Below, in pieces: positions 1-13,513 of a DNA stretch of 64,000 nucleotides; positions within the stretch are counted from its first letter, which is position 1, and every line of letters starts with the position of its first letter. The DNA comes from Lama glama (taxonomy: Eukaryota): contig CM052817.1 in assembly GCA_028534125.1 (NCBI GenBank), positions 47,308,001-47,372,000 of the forward strand, given 5' to 3'. Made by a program: the position numbers and the translations under genes. A model generated the notes under the pieces. It made no database searches. It saw only the letters and a list, made by a program, of their open reading frames with translations, and had not been told where the DNA came from.

Positions 1-690
1 CAATTTCACTTATATGTAGAATCTAAAAAACAAACATGACTACATGGAAACAGAGCCATAGATACAGAGAAGAAAAGGTGGTTGTCAAAAGGGATGGGGA
101 TTGGAGGAGGAGAAAATTTGGTGAGGGTGATTAAGAGTTACAAACTTTCAGTTACAAAATAAATGAGTCACAAACATGAAATGCATAGTGTGGGGAATGT
201 AGTCAATAATTATGTAATATCTTTGTAGAGTGACAGATGACAACTAAGACTTACCATGGTGATCATTTTGAAATGTATAGAAATACCAACTCATGGTGTG
301 CACCAGGAACTAACATAGTGTCGTAGGTCAATTATGCTTCAGGAACAACAAAGAAACTTAAAGAAAAAGAAATCATATTTATGGCTACCAGAGGTGAGGG
401 GGTGGGGTATATGAGATTAGATGAAGATAATCAAAAGGTACAAATTTCTAGTTATGAAATATGTAAGTACTAGGGATGTAATGTCCAACATGGTAAGATA
501 ATTAATACTGCTCTACCTTATAAATGAAAAGTTCATAAGAGTAAATCTTATGATTTCCCATCACAAAGAAAAACATTTTTTTCTATTTCTTTAATGTATC
601 TATATGAGATGATGGATGTTCACCTTTGTACACCTTAAATTTGTACAGTGTTTTATGTCCATTATATCTCATTAAAACTGTGGGGAAAAG
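1..690 (+). mobile_element. Old L1 3' UTR fragment (L1MA-type)
   Basis: Typical L1 3' UTR motifs (cacttatatgtagaatct; gttgtacaccttaaat-like segment; attatatctcattaaaactg end). Subfamily from recall. Confidence 0.75.
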
Positions 691-1864
691 TGATTCTCCA
701 ATGTAATCTACTCTTCAGATTTAAAAAGAAATTTTTTTCTGCATAATGTAATGAATTATTGTCAATCCATGGAGAAAAATATGTCCTCTCTGAACAAAAA
801 AACTAAAGGGATCTCTAAAGTACTGGAACAAAACCCTCTTTGCAGCTGTTTTAGAAGATGCCGGAAGCTGGGAAAATGTGAGGAGAGCAACGTAGAGTTT
901 TCTTCCATTCATGGACCAAAGTAAGTCTAGCATTTTCCCAGATGTCAAAGGACAAACTGACCCAGTTGTTAAGCACTGCTTTCAGAAACTTCATAACCAG
1001 AGGTAGAAATAAAACAGAAAGCATAGAACTATATCCTAGAATATCAGTAGAAGGCATTTTAATACCAACTCCCCTCCCCCCACCAAAAAGCTCTATGTTA
1101 ACAAAGATTATTAACTAGGCAGATGAGACTATAATCATATGACTTGAAGTGGCCAAATGAGTATAAAAGAATGATGTTACTAATTCTGATAACCCAGGAA
1201 GCAGTGATTTTTCTCTTATAGGAAACTCTGAGGAATTTTGGGTTGCTTGAATAAACAGAATTGAAATAAAGAAATGGTTGATTGGACACACGGTCCTCTA
1301 TAGGCGAAGTACTGAAAGCAAGTGCGGAAGATCTGGCAAAATCCACATGAGCCACCAGCCCTTTCCCCTTTTCCTCATCCAAAGTCAGTGGAACCATGTG
1401 GATCTTATTACTGCTTCTGGGAAACACAATTGGTTCCAGGAGGTCATGGCAAGCAGAGGTGCCCAAAGTGGCATTTACTCCCTGCCTATTTGGACTACTG
1501 GTAAGGAGTGGGGCTCTTCTTTGGCTGGCTTCTAACAAAAGCAACTGTGCCAGGCAAAGAATGGTGGTCCCCTGCCAGCTAATTCCTGGCTACTACTTGC
1601 TGTCTTTGGCCTCAGATATTTCCTATTTCTCCCCAGGCCACTGTACCTCTGAACTAGCAAAGAATGATTACAGTAAATCTCAACTTTTCATATTTATGTG
1701 TTTTTATGCTAGAAAGATTTGAACAGAGAAACTCACACAGTCTTGGATGGTTCCCTATCAGCTTCTAATTGTGGATAACAAGAGAATTTCCTGTGCCTCA
1801 GGTGTGTCTGAGGAGACAGAAAAATCATCAGACACATCAGTTATTTTTTTTATAATCTGAATAA

Positions 1865-2268
1865 TTTTTTAACCTTTTTTATTGAGTTATAGTTATTTTA
1901 CAATGTTGTGTCAAATTCCAGTGTAGAGCACAATTTTTCAGTTATACATGAACATACATATATTCACTGTCACATTTTTTTCGCTATGAGCTACCACAAG
2001 ATCTTGTGTATTTCCCTGTGCTATACAGTATAATCTTGTTTATCTATTCTGCATATGCCTGTCAGTATCTACAAATTTTGAGATCCCAGTCTGTCCCTTC
2101 CCACCCCCTGCCCCCTTGGCAACCACAAGTTTGTATTCTATGTCTAGGAGTCTGTTTCTGTTTTGTATTTATGTTCTTTTTTTTTTTTTTTTTAGATTCC
2201 ACATATGAGCGATCTCATATGGTATTTTTCTTTCTCTTTCTGGCTTACTTCACTTAGAATGACATTCT
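1865..2268 (-). mobile_element. Young lineage-specific L1 3' end, 5'-truncated
   Basis: Near-identical to the copies at ~16.9, 39.0 and 56.1 kb (ttattgagttatag...caaattccagtgtagagcacaatttttcag). No TSD found. Confidence 0.9.
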
Positions 2269-2606
2269 CTTAGTACAAAGGAAGGGGACTTCTGAAGCAT
2301 TAGAAGTTACTATAAGAAACAAGTAAATTTTGAAGCTTTGTGTACTCAGTAAGATTCTAAAAAACTATTCATGTAAACATACGGTCAGTGATGAAAAAGA
2401 GACTCAAGGACAACTTAACTATAATATAAAGGAGATTTAAAAAAAGACGTTTGCCAAATTAAAAGCGATGAAAGAGGCAGTGAAGAAAGGTTTGTGATTT
2501 TACCAAATTACATTTTAAAAATTTGGCATATTCAATAAATTGTCCAAGAGCCCAAATAAAGAGAAACATAGGTAAAAATGATTAAAGAAAAGATGAGGTG
2601 TAGACA

Positions 2607-2993
2607 TGTGAAAGAATTTCCCTCTAAAATGGAGCCAGAGACTATGAAATGCAGAATATCACACATGCACCCTCAGAAGAACAGAACTTAAGAATCACGA
2701 GACTGATTTCTCCTAGATGCCTGATTTACAGAAGACTGAGAATCATCTCTCAACCAATGAACATGTATCAAAAATTCTTCCCCATTCTCAAACTAGTGAA
2801 CTTGCTTCTTGGTCTCCTCTGGACTTCCTCCTCTTTGTGCTCCTTTCCCGTAAAAACGACCCACCAAAACCCTCAACCCTCTGTAGCTTGCCATAGTATG
2901 TGTTCCTGAATTGCTATTCTTTGGCTATTCCTGAAAACCTCTATATCTGGTAATTTGAGCTTGCCTCAGTAAACATCTTTATTTAGGTTGACA
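2607..2993 (+). mobile_element. Solo LTR, ERV1 class (MER34/MER39-like)
   Basis: 387 bp with TGTGAA...TTGACA termini and a 4-bp TSD GACA (2603-2606 and 2994-2997). Confidence 0.8.
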
Positions 2994-3085
2994 GACAGAA
3001 GCAAGAAATTCAAAATAGATACGATAGAGATTTAGAAAGAAAAAGAAAGCCAAAGATAAGTACTAATGAAAAGATAAGGTAAGTT

Positions 3086-3662
3086 GTTTTTTGAAGTACA
3101 CTCAATTAAAATGTGTTTATCTCTTGTGTACAGCACAATGTCCCAGTCATACATATACAGACATATATTCGTTTTCATAGTTTTTTTTCCATAAAAACTT
3201 ATTACAAGTTATTGAACATAGTTCCCTGTGCTATGGAAAAGAAACTCTAAAATCTATTTTTATATATAGTGGCTAACATCTGTAAATCTCAAACTCCCAA
3301 ATTTATCCCCTCCCACCCCATTTCCCTGGTAACCATAAGATTGTTTATTAAGTCTGCAAGTCTCTTTCTGTTTTGTAGATCAGTTCATAGTGTCCCCCCC
3401 TTTTTTTTAGATACCACGTATGAGTGATATCATATGGTATTTTTCTTTCTCTGTCTGGCTTTCTTCACTTAGAATGACAATCCATCCATGTTGCTGCAAA
3501 TGGTATTGTTTTATTATTCTTTATGGCAGAGTAGTATTCCATTGTATAAATATAATACAGCTTTTTCATCCAGTCTTCTGTCGATGGACATTTATGTTGC
3601 TTCTATGTTTTGGTTATTGTATATTGTGTTACTATGAATATTGGAGTGAACGTATCTTTTCG
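3086..3662 (-). mobile_element. L1 3' end, intermediate age
   Basis: Reverse L1 3' UTR (catccatgttgctgcaaatgg, gatggacattt). Degenerate TSD with core agataagg at 3072 and 3663. Confidence 0.85.
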
Positions 3663-4106
3663 AGATAAGGAAACTTTTAATCAGCTGAATAAAGTCTGAG
3701 TCTGAAGCTAAAATTGAACCAAGGCAAAATAAATGAAAAGAGAGATTAATCACATAAGTTTAAAGAAAATAAATTCTGTTATTTCTAAGAAACTCATGAA
3801 CAACAGAGAAGACGTCCAGATAGTCAAGCAGGTTTAGAGGCTACACAGAAAATGAGAACAATGAAAATTTAACATATTAAAACTTATAGTAAAGGACCAA
3901 AGTTATTCTAGAAAATGATAGCCTACATGTTTCTATTATTAAATAAAAATGAATGAAAATAAATGATTTTAATACTTCAAAATATTTGAAAATGAGCAGT
4001 CAAATTTAAGGAAAGCAGGAGAAAGAAACTAATTAATACAAAAGATAAAATAAGGAATTACAAATTGAAAATCTATAAACAATCATAAAAGCTAGGAATT
4101 GGAACT

Positions 4107-4260
4107 TTTATTTGTTTTGGGGTTTTTTGGAGGGTGAGGGAGGTAATTAAGCTTATTTATTTATTTATTTATTTGTTTATTTTAATGGCAGTACTGAGAA
4201 TGGAACCCAGGACCTTATTCATGCTAAGCACACACTCTACCACTGAGCTATACCCTCCAC
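4107..4260 (-). mobile_element. tRNA-Ala-derived SINE (camelid Vic-1-like)
   Basis: Minus strand reads gtggagggtatagctcagtggtagagtgtgtgcttagcatg...gggttccatt (A- and B-box-like), then an (AAAT)n/A-rich tail. TSD tggaact at 4100 and 4262. Confidence 0.85.
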
Positions 4261-4474
4261 CTGGAACTGGACAGTTTAAAAACATTAAAAACATATACAA
4301 CATGCTGGTAAATTTAAACAAAAAACCCAATAGAATTAGAATGTTAAAATTACGTATCTATAAAAATTTTTTAAATAAACTATTATATTACTTTATTAAT
4401 AATGTTAAAAATCTTAATGGTTTGTATTTTGTAGAAAATATAAATTAACAAGATGGATTCTAAAATAATTAGAA

Positions 4475-5740
4475 GCTGGAACACTTCCTTACACCACACA
4501 CAAAAATGAACTCAAAATGGATCAAAGACTTAAACATAAGACAAGATACAATAAACCTCCTAGAAGAAAATATAGGCAAAATATTATCTCACATACATCT
4601 CAAAACTGTTCTCCTAAGGTAGTCTACCCAAGCAATAAAATTATAAGCAAGAATAAACAAATGGGGCCTAATTAAACTTACAAGCTTCTGCACAGTAAAG
4701 GAAATCATAAGTAAAACAAAACGACAACCTATGGAATGGGAGAAAATTTTTGCAAGTGATGAAACTGACAAAGGCTTGATCTCCAGAATATATAAGCAGT
4801 TCATACGACATAATAAGAAAAAAACAAACAACCCAATCCAAAAATGGGCAAAAAGGGGAATTCTCCAAGGAAGAAATACAAATGACCAATAGGCACATGA
4901 AAAAATGCTCAATGTCACTAATTATCAGAGAAATACAAATCAAAACTATGATGAGGTATCACCTCACACCAGCCAGAATGGCCATCATTCAAAAGTCCAC
5001 AATTGACTAATGCTGGAGAGGCCGTAGAGAAAAGGGAACTCTCCTACACTGTTGGTGGGAATGCAGTTTGNNNNNNNNNNNNNNNNNNNNNNNNNNNNNN
5101 NNNNNNNNNNNNNNNNNNNNNNNNNNNNNNNNNNNNNNNNNNNNNNNNNNNNNNNNNNNNNNNNNNNNNNNNNNNNNNNNNNNNNNNNNNNNNNNNNNNN
5201 NNNNNNNNNNNNNNNNNNNNNNNNNNNNNNNNNNNNNNNNNNNNNNNNNNNNNNNNNNNNNNNNNNNNNNNNNNNNNNNNNNNNNNNNNNNNNNNNNNNN
5301 NNNNNNNNNNNNNNNNNNNNNNNNNNNNNNNNNNNNNNNNNNNNNNNNNNNNNNNNNNNNNNNNNNNNNNNNNNNNNNNNNNNNNNNNNNNNNNNNNNNN
5401 NNNNNNNNNNNNNNNNNNNNNNNNNNNNNNNNNNNNNNNNNNNNNNNNNNNNNNNNNNNNNNNNNNNNNNNNNNNNNNNNNNNNNNNNNNNNNNNNNNNN
5501 NNNNNNNNNNNNNNNNNNNNNNNNNNNNNNNNNNNNNNNNNNNNNNNNNNNNNNNNNNNNNNNNNNNNNNTATAGCACAGGGAAATATATACAAGATCTT
5601 GTGGTAGCTCATAGTGAAAAAAAAGTGACAATGAATAAATGTATGTTCATGTATAACTGAAAAATTGTGCTCTACACTGGAATTTGATACAACATTGTAA
5701 AATGACTATAACTCGATAAAAAATGTTATATAAAATAAAA
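4475..5740 (+). mobile_element. Young L1 (3' ORF2 remnant + 3' UTR) spanning the assembly gap
   Basis: ORF2-like DNA (aactcaaaatggatcaaagacttaaac; cacctcacaccagccagaatggccatcatt), 3' end after the gap, and a 14-bp TSD taaaataattagaa at 4461-4474 and 5741-5754. Confidence 0.92.
5071..5570. other. Assembly gap (500 N)
   Basis: Run of N. Confidence 1.
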
Positions 5741-6251
5741 TAAAATAATTAGAAAACCTCAAAAGACCCACAAGCAGAGAAGTAATTAAAAATTGTTTTT
5801 TTTAAAAGTTCCTGTCCTGTTGGTTTTACAGGTGAATTCTTATAAACTTTCAAAAAACCTATGAACAGAAGGGAAATTTTCTAAATTAGCTAATCTAAAC
5901 CTACCAACAAAATCTTGCAAAGTGTAAAAAACTGCTGTTGATTCACAATTATGACAATGTAAACATTCTATAGGAAATAGCAAATTTAATGCAACATGAT
6001 TTTAACATAATAACATAGCATGATTGAATAAGAACTATACCAGCAAGTGAAAATGTTTTAGGGTTGGAAAATTTATCAAGCAGTGCATAGCAACCATAGG
6101 CCAAGGAAGAAAATCTACATAAATCTTTGTTGATCCTTAGGGTTGGGGAAAGGGCAAAAAATGACTTTTATTATCTTACATGTTACTCCTCCGAGAATGG
6201 TGAACCAATTGAGATGTAGACAAAGGACTCAAGCAGATGGATATTAAAATA

Positions 6252-6593
6252 TGGTGATCATTCAGTATCTACTGGGGATTGATTTCAGGACCCCCCTGTG
6301 GATGCCAAAATCTTCTGATGCACAAGTCCCTTATATAAATGTGTAATATTTGCATATAACCTACACACATTCTCCCCTATATTTTAAAAAATCTCTAGAT
6401 TACTTATAACACCTAATACAATGTAAATGTTATGTAAATATTTGTAAATACAATATAAATGCTATGTAAATAATTGCTGGTGTGAGGCAAATTCAAGTTT
6501 TGATTCTTGGAACTTTCTGGAATTAAAAAAAAATTTTTTGATCTGCAGTTGGTTGAATCTGCAAATGCAGAACTTGAGGGAGTGCCACTTGTA
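6252..6593 (+). mobile_element. MER2-like Tigger non-autonomous DNA transposon
   Basis: ggggattgatttcaggacccc...tttgcatataacctacacacat...tctctagattacttataacacctaatacaatgtaaatg matches the recalled MER2 consensus. Confidence 0.85.
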
Positions 6594-7146
6594 TCAGCTT
6601 TACCATTGTATAAGCTATAACCATTTAAAAATATAATGAAAATAAAAGATCTCATTCACAATGGCAACAAAATTATAAACTAGCCATAGATAAATTTAAG
6701 AACTAATGATCACTAGTAATAAGAAAAGTTATGAAAATTCACTGAAGGGCCTAGAAAATACCTAAATGGAAAGGTATATCATATGCAGGGAAGGAAGAGA
6801 GGATTTAATTTTACAAAGATACAGTTCTCCAAAAAGTAAGTTACAACTCTAATTGCAGTGTGATTCTTCACCTTTCCCTTTGGTTGCCCTCCTTTTCTTA
6901 CTTCTTTCTTTCTCTCTTACTCTTTTTTGTTTGATTGCTTGCTTCTTTTTACAATGTGTGAATAACTAATTTTTAGCAATAATTAATAATAATAATAATA
7001 GAACCCTGAGGATTATTTTAAGATATTATAATGCTATAATAATTAAAACAAAATTGCTAGATTTTATGTGTGTATATACATGAAAATATACTGTTATTGT
7101 GTTATATATATGATGTTACATTGTCATTATGTTACTATGATCTATA

Positions 7147-8151
7147 AGTACTCTTTTGGGTTCCTATACCCAGTTCCATAGTGTGTGGAGGCTTTCCCAT
7201 GTCAACAAGCAATCCTCAGATGAGAATTCAACTCAGTTCTACCCAGAGATAGTATCAGATTATACAGGTAAAGGGCTCATTCCCACAAGACTGCTTCTAC
7301 TTCAGACACCAGTTGCAAGCCAAGGTTGTTAACTGCTTCTGACTGACCAGACTCAGACTGAAGGTTCTAACGACGCCCTCGAAAGCAGAATGCCAATCAC
7401 AAGTCCAGATTGTTAACTGTACTTCTGACCACCTGGTTATAAATCAGAGGTTCCCGTGACCCCCTTCTTGGGTTTGAATAATCAGCTAGAATGGTTCACA
7501 GAACTCAGGAAACCTGTTGACTTACTAGATTACCAATTTATTATAAAAGATATTAAAGAATACAAATCAACAGGCAGATGGAGAAATTCACAGGGCAAGG
7601 TCTCAAACAAAAGGGCTTCCATTTTCATGGAGCTTGGGGTCTAACACTATAGCACATGGAAGTGTTTTGATTCCCTAACTTCCCTCCAAACCCCCTCCTT
7701 TGTGGTTTTATCGAGACCTCATTACTTAAGCATGATTGATTATATCACTGGCCAATATGATTGATTGGCCAATCAATCTAGCCCCTCTCCCCTCTTAAGA
7801 AATCAGAACCCAACTCTCTGTTCATGTTTGATTCTCTGGCCACCATCCCCTTCCTTAGGTGCTTTCCAAAAGTCACCTCCATTAACATAAACCCTGTTGT
7901 GGGGGAAAGGGGCTTGTTAAGAATAATACAACACGTGTTTCACCTTAGTGGCTCTGAAGCACTTTCAGGAACTAAGGGTAAGAGACCAAATACAATAACA
8001 AAAGATGTTCCATTGCTCAGGAAATTCCAAGGGATTTGAGAGCCGTGAGTCAGGAACTGTGGATGAAGGCTGAATATATATGAGAAATTATTTTGATCAT
8101 GCAAGTGATCAAATATATATATATATATATCTTGTAAATCACAATATTGCA
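7147..8151 (-). mobile_element. MER21-like solo LTR
   Basis: Reverse strand starts tgcaatattgtgattt and is homologous to the LTR at 13514 (catccacagttc..ggaatttcctgagcaat; agtttcctNagttctgtga). Confidence 0.8.
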
Positions 8152-11100
8152 AATATAAATAATCTGGATATTTAATTTCAATTATGGTGGCATTGCAATA
8201 TCTCAGGATATATAAATATGATGTTAATATGATACTATGGGTGTGTGTACAGATACATATATACATACTATGCTACATATATAAATATATGAAAGAAACA
8301 ATATAACACAAATATGGCACAGTAAAATGGATAAATGAATTGAATTTAAAGTCAAGTCAACTTCATTTCGAGATTCTTCCTCACCTGAAGATGAGAGTTA
8401 GAATGGAAACAATTAATGACTGACAGGGTAGTGGGTAGGGTTACCAACTAGTCCAAAAAAGACTGGGAAAAAGTGAGTTTGTTTTAGATAAAATCTTAAA
8501 GTTCTCACAGTTTTTCTGAGAACTTTATTTACTGAAATAAATAGATGCTGGGAACCCAGATATCCTTGTCAAAACCAATTTAAGAAGCCTCTGGTTTGCA
8601 TGTTTATAAGGTTTTTGTTTTACTTTGTTTTGTTTTCCCCAGGCTTACTGAATGTAAAGGAGTTATATTCTCAGAGCATTTGTTACAGTATCAATGTGGA
8701 ATGTTTTACTTACATTAATGCGATAGCTTTTCAGAAAACTTCCTAAGATGGCTCATTATTCATGCATGACTTTTTTTGGAATACTGGGTTTTCTCTGGTT
8801 AAAGTAAGATTTCAGTTTTGAAGTCACTGACTTATGGGAAAATATTTGGCAGTAGATGCATATGTGATGCAACAAATTAAATGTATGATGTTTTTAAAGA
8901 ACAAACTATGGTACTTGACGAAGAGGAGCTTAGAGTCTGTTACCAAATTGGGCCTAGATGGAATATTCTATGAAAAGCATTTTTATGAAGTGTTAAGTGG
9001 ACTTTTCATGTTTAAATGTTGATTATCTGCCAGTGATATTTTCAGCTTGTCATTGCTTATAGGAAATGGAGTTTTGTGTATGTACTTCTTAGCTTCATAT
9101 ACACAACATTATAACACAAACTTAAGCAGAGAGTCTCTTGGTAGTCTGTGTAACAATAGCTTACAGTGAAAGTCATTTAACTCCCTGTTATGGAGGTTCT
9201 TTTCTTCCTGAAAAATAACTGTTTTGTACCTGGGTTTCTGATCTAGAGTTGACTCTTTCCACCAACTGGAATTTTGTGTCCTTCCCTCTGCCACAACAGG
9301 ATGAAGAGGCTGCAGACTAAAATGCACCAGGGCTAAGTAACGAGACATTTCTCTCAGAATAAAAACAGTAGACTACTGGCATTTTTAAAGTCAATAAGAA
9401 GGAGAAAACCACTGGGATTCTAGAGAAATTAGTTGGTAATGATTTTAAAGGTAGCTGTGAATATTTCCAATTGCAAAGCATTACATCGTTCAGCAAAGAG
9501 ACTCTTGATAGAGAAAAACAACTGGTCACTTTGAACAAGGAACAGAATCAGCTTGATCACACAAATAATCAGCCAAACTTGAAAAATTCAGGGAAGTAAA
9601 TCCAGATCCAATTAAATGTATGGCAGCAATCTCTTAGCCACTCCAAAGATTCTAACCAATTCCTTAGTGCAAAGCAAGTTCAGTTTATATCAGAGTTATA
9701 CTATATACCTTATATTTGTTTATACTTACATAACCATGAGGTAAAATACATCTGAACTTCCCCGTTCTGTCCATGGTAGGCGTTTGATTTTTCTCAACAA
9801 TTTTCCCCCCTAAATTTTGTATGTAGAGTCCCAACTTTGAGAACTCTCCTAAGCACTGTTATCAATATGGGGGGACACCACTTCTTTATTATAATCTCAT
9901 GCCTAGAATGGACAAATTTTATTTTAGCAGGTATGATTTTTGCAACAACCAAGGTATTCAAGCCGTGTTACTTTATTTTATTTAAATTTAGTTAAAACAT
10001 CTTTAAATCCTCAGACATCTGAGCTGGCAAGAAATTCAATCTCAGTTACTTGGGTCTCTCACTTCTGGAATGTTACAGCCACCAGCGCAGGTCACCTTTG
10101 AGATGCCCTGTGTCCCAGACTCTGTGGCTTGGTGAGAAGCACAGGTGCTTGGGTTTTAGCTTCCCGGGGCCCTGTGACAGCCCTGCCCTTCCAATACCTT
10201 GCTGTCTCTGTGGACCCTGATTCTCCAGGCCTTCTGGGAACCTAGAAATCTCAACATCTCTTTGTCTCTTTTACCAATCAAGAGAAGTCACCCACTTCTC
10301 TTCCTTTAAGCCTTGGAGGAACAAAAGCCCGAAAGAAAAGCTGTATGTGGGACATTTCTTTCTCTTTTTAGCCTTTCCTTGAAGCAAAGGGGCATAGAAG
10401 TTGGTGTGTGAGGGGAGTGGGAGGGTGTATAGTAAAAAGAATAGTGACAGAACACAGCAAAACAATACGTGCGTGCTGCTTCATACGTAGTTAACATCTG
10501 TTGTAGAATGCTCTTGTAGTGAAGCTTGTCTCTAGCTGCATATTAGAAATGAGAACACTTCATCTATTCTCATAGAGGATGAAAAAACAGCGTTTTCTAG
10601 TGTGATCAAAGAGTTTGATAGGATATTTATTTTTCCAGGAATAGATTTAATGAGACCCTATTATATGTCTGTAAGAGAAAAACAGGCATTATGAATCTAA
10701 GAAACATTCTATGTGAGCTTGAAACATATGCTGAATATCAGAATTACTTAAGACTTACTCTTACGAGTAATTCATCTAAGTCCCTCAAACTACAGTACCT
10801 AGAAGATGCCTTGAAGTTGGGCTTTCAGTAAGAGCATCAACTAAGTCCTTCAACTTCCTTTTCCTAAAGATGAATAATCTCAGACAGTTCCTTGAATTCT
10901 GATACTTATTTTGGGTATAAAGTGCTAATGAAGAGCAAATTGTAAGCACATCTCTATCCTCGGTGCATGGGCAGTTCAGATGTGTAGCATCTCAAAAAAA
11001 ATGTCTGTCCTGAGTTCCTGTGGGCACCAGACATTCCTGAGTGGGACTGTAGACTGTGGACTGTGATTTATTTTTTTTAAATTGATAATTATCCTTTCTG

Positions 11101-11375
11101 AAACTAGTTTTATTTAATGTGATCACTGTGTAAGAAAACACAGGACTTTTTAGTAAAGGGACATTTAATTTTCTAATCAAAGCCACGGAGATGCTTTCCT
11201 GGGCTTATTTCTACCCAGTTCTGAATTATATGTTGATTGTGTATAATGGATGTTTAGTAAGGAATAGGGGACAAAATTAGATGCTATTCTAAATAGCTCA
11301 TGCCTGGTTTTAATGTCATGTGGCTTCTATTTTCTGTAATTATCTATGAATAGTATGTCCTAGGGTCTGGCAACT

Positions 11376-11495
11376 CAGTGTTTTCTGAAGATCAGCCATG
11401 TCACCATTACCCGGGAACTTGTTAGAACTGCCCCAGCCCAGACGTACTGAACCAGAATTTGCATTTATTAAGTACATAAAAGTTTTAAGCAGCAT
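11376..11495. mobile_element. MER5A-like hAT-Charlie element
   Basis: gggaacttgttagaa...cccagacgtactgaaccagaatttgcattt motif. Confidence 0.65.
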
Positions 11496-13513
11496 GTTTC
11501 TTGACACAATTTAGACTGAATTATTTGTAAAACTTTGGAAAAATATGGATGCCAAATTTCTATAGTAGATCTACTGAGTCAAAATCACTGGAGTTGCATG
11601 CAACATGCATTTTTTAAAAACCTCACGGGTCAACTTCTTATGTGCATCTAACATTTTCCCTAATAGTGGGATGAAAACTACATAGTAAATGGAGATGTTT
11701 TCAGCATGAATTGTCATAAGCAAGTATTTAGTTCAAATGGTGAAATTTTTTTTTAACTAAGGCAACTAATCTGAGGCTTACTTATAAAAATAAATTGGAG
11801 AATAAATATTTCTGATATTTTTCCCTAATATGTACAAAGCATTAAATATTATTAGAATATTTGATTATGTGTTTTTACATTGATGGCAAAAGTTCTTTCT
11901 GAAATGTTCATGTCTCTTTGCAGTGGAATGGCATAGGACTTCTACAGTAATTCTATAATTTCACATTTGAACTGTCTCTACTAAGCATTTATTATTGGAA
12001 TTTGCCAAAATAGTGGTAGCTTCTGGGTTATTGCTTTGTTTAGTGTGACAGTAACAGAATAAAGACCCTAGATGTAAATCTTAGTGGGCTTTTTTTACCC
12101 TAAAATAAGTGAACTTTTGTAATATTGGTAACTAATTAAAACAGCAACAATTTCTAACTTGATAACATCTGATTTATCATCTGGCTAAGAATCTATTCAG
12201 ATAAAAACTTAAACCTGCCAGAGGAGAGTTCAGTTTTTGTTTTATTTTGTTTTGTGTTTTTCTTTCTAAAAAGCCAGATTCTAATACTTTGAGGTAGAAC
12301 TGATTTTTGATTTCACAACTAATTTTTCATTTTCTTTGATGGGTCGTTGTCTTCTGCCCATTTTCTCTGTGCAAATTATTCCTAATTCTAGTCTGGACCA
12401 TTCATTGCTACTTTAATTAATGCATATGACACCCTGAGAACTAAAGAATTGATCTTATTGAAAAGTTTTATGAGGTAAAATTGGGGACGACTTTTGCCAA
12501 CTCAGTGGAATGCAAACTTTGTTTTTTCCCTTAAAAAAGACAAAACCCTTATAAACATTTTGTGAAAACTGCCAATCAATGGATAAATAATATGAGGGTT
12601 CATAAAATTAATAATAAAATATAAACCCTCTCTGTTACTTTGAACTGCAATGATGTGCAAAATATATTGTGCCTCACTATATAGCAGAACTGTAGTTTTC
12701 TGTGTAATCATTGGATTGAATACCCAGAAGACATCTAACTCTCTTTCTCTGATTTCAGGCAGCAGGGAAATTGTGGAGTATCTAATCTCAAAAATCTACA
12801 GTAAATTTTATTACAGAAATTGCTTTGTTAGCTAATGATAACAATCCTTACTTAAGTGAAAAGATTCTCTCAAATGTAATTTTAATATAGTTTTTCCCCA
12901 TATAGACCCTTTTCATCATGTTTTGACTCTAGTGTAAATTCAGAACACTTTACTAAATTTCTGACTTGAAGGTAATCTACACTCTCCTCCTGTAGAGAAT
13001 CCAGTTTGTGAGCAGTAGCTGCTAATTTGCTAGATCTCCCTCTTCCTCAGTAAATCTTATTGAATCCTATTGAAAATGATGAATCTTATTCTAACATTTT
13101 AAAATCGTAGTTAATTCACAGTCTTTTGTACCATGAGGTACCTCCCAAATGTTTTGTAGCATTGAATTGACAGTTATTAAAAAAAAAAACACACAGTTCT
13201 GAAGTTAACAATTTGATATCACTTCAAAATACAAGCGTTGGTATAATTAGTAGGGATCAGTTAACTATTTAACTCAATTTATCATATATTTATTGAATAG
13301 TCTGCTACGTGGAAAGTACTATGCCACATCTCTGGTTTTGAACCCTTGCCTTTCCATGAGAATACATTGACTATATTCAATAGTCCTAAATACTGATCTG
13401 TGTTATCTCGAGTTCCACTATGTTAGCGTTCCTTGAGCTACCAAGAGGAAAATCATGGCATAAATGCAAAATAGTCTGATGATAATTGTAAAGCAACTAT
13501 TAGGTTATGCCAT

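Larger units (their letters stand above)
2280..7060 (+). mobile_element. Highly degraded ancient L1 body, interrupted by younger insertions
   Basis: A-rich segments resembling L1 ORF2 DNA, e.g. ggttttacaggtgaattcttataaac (~5822) and attcacaatggcaacaaaa...aaatggaaaggtatatcatatg (~6655-6785). Boundaries approximate. Confidence 0.6.

Noticed and set aside
4187..4260. tRNA-Ala-like sequence (also ~31772-31844)
   Set aside because: Degenerate stems, A-rich tail and TSDs identify SINE heads, not tRNA genes.
4985..5660. Six ~200-aa ORFs
   Set aside because: Artefacts of the 500-N gap (poly-X translations).
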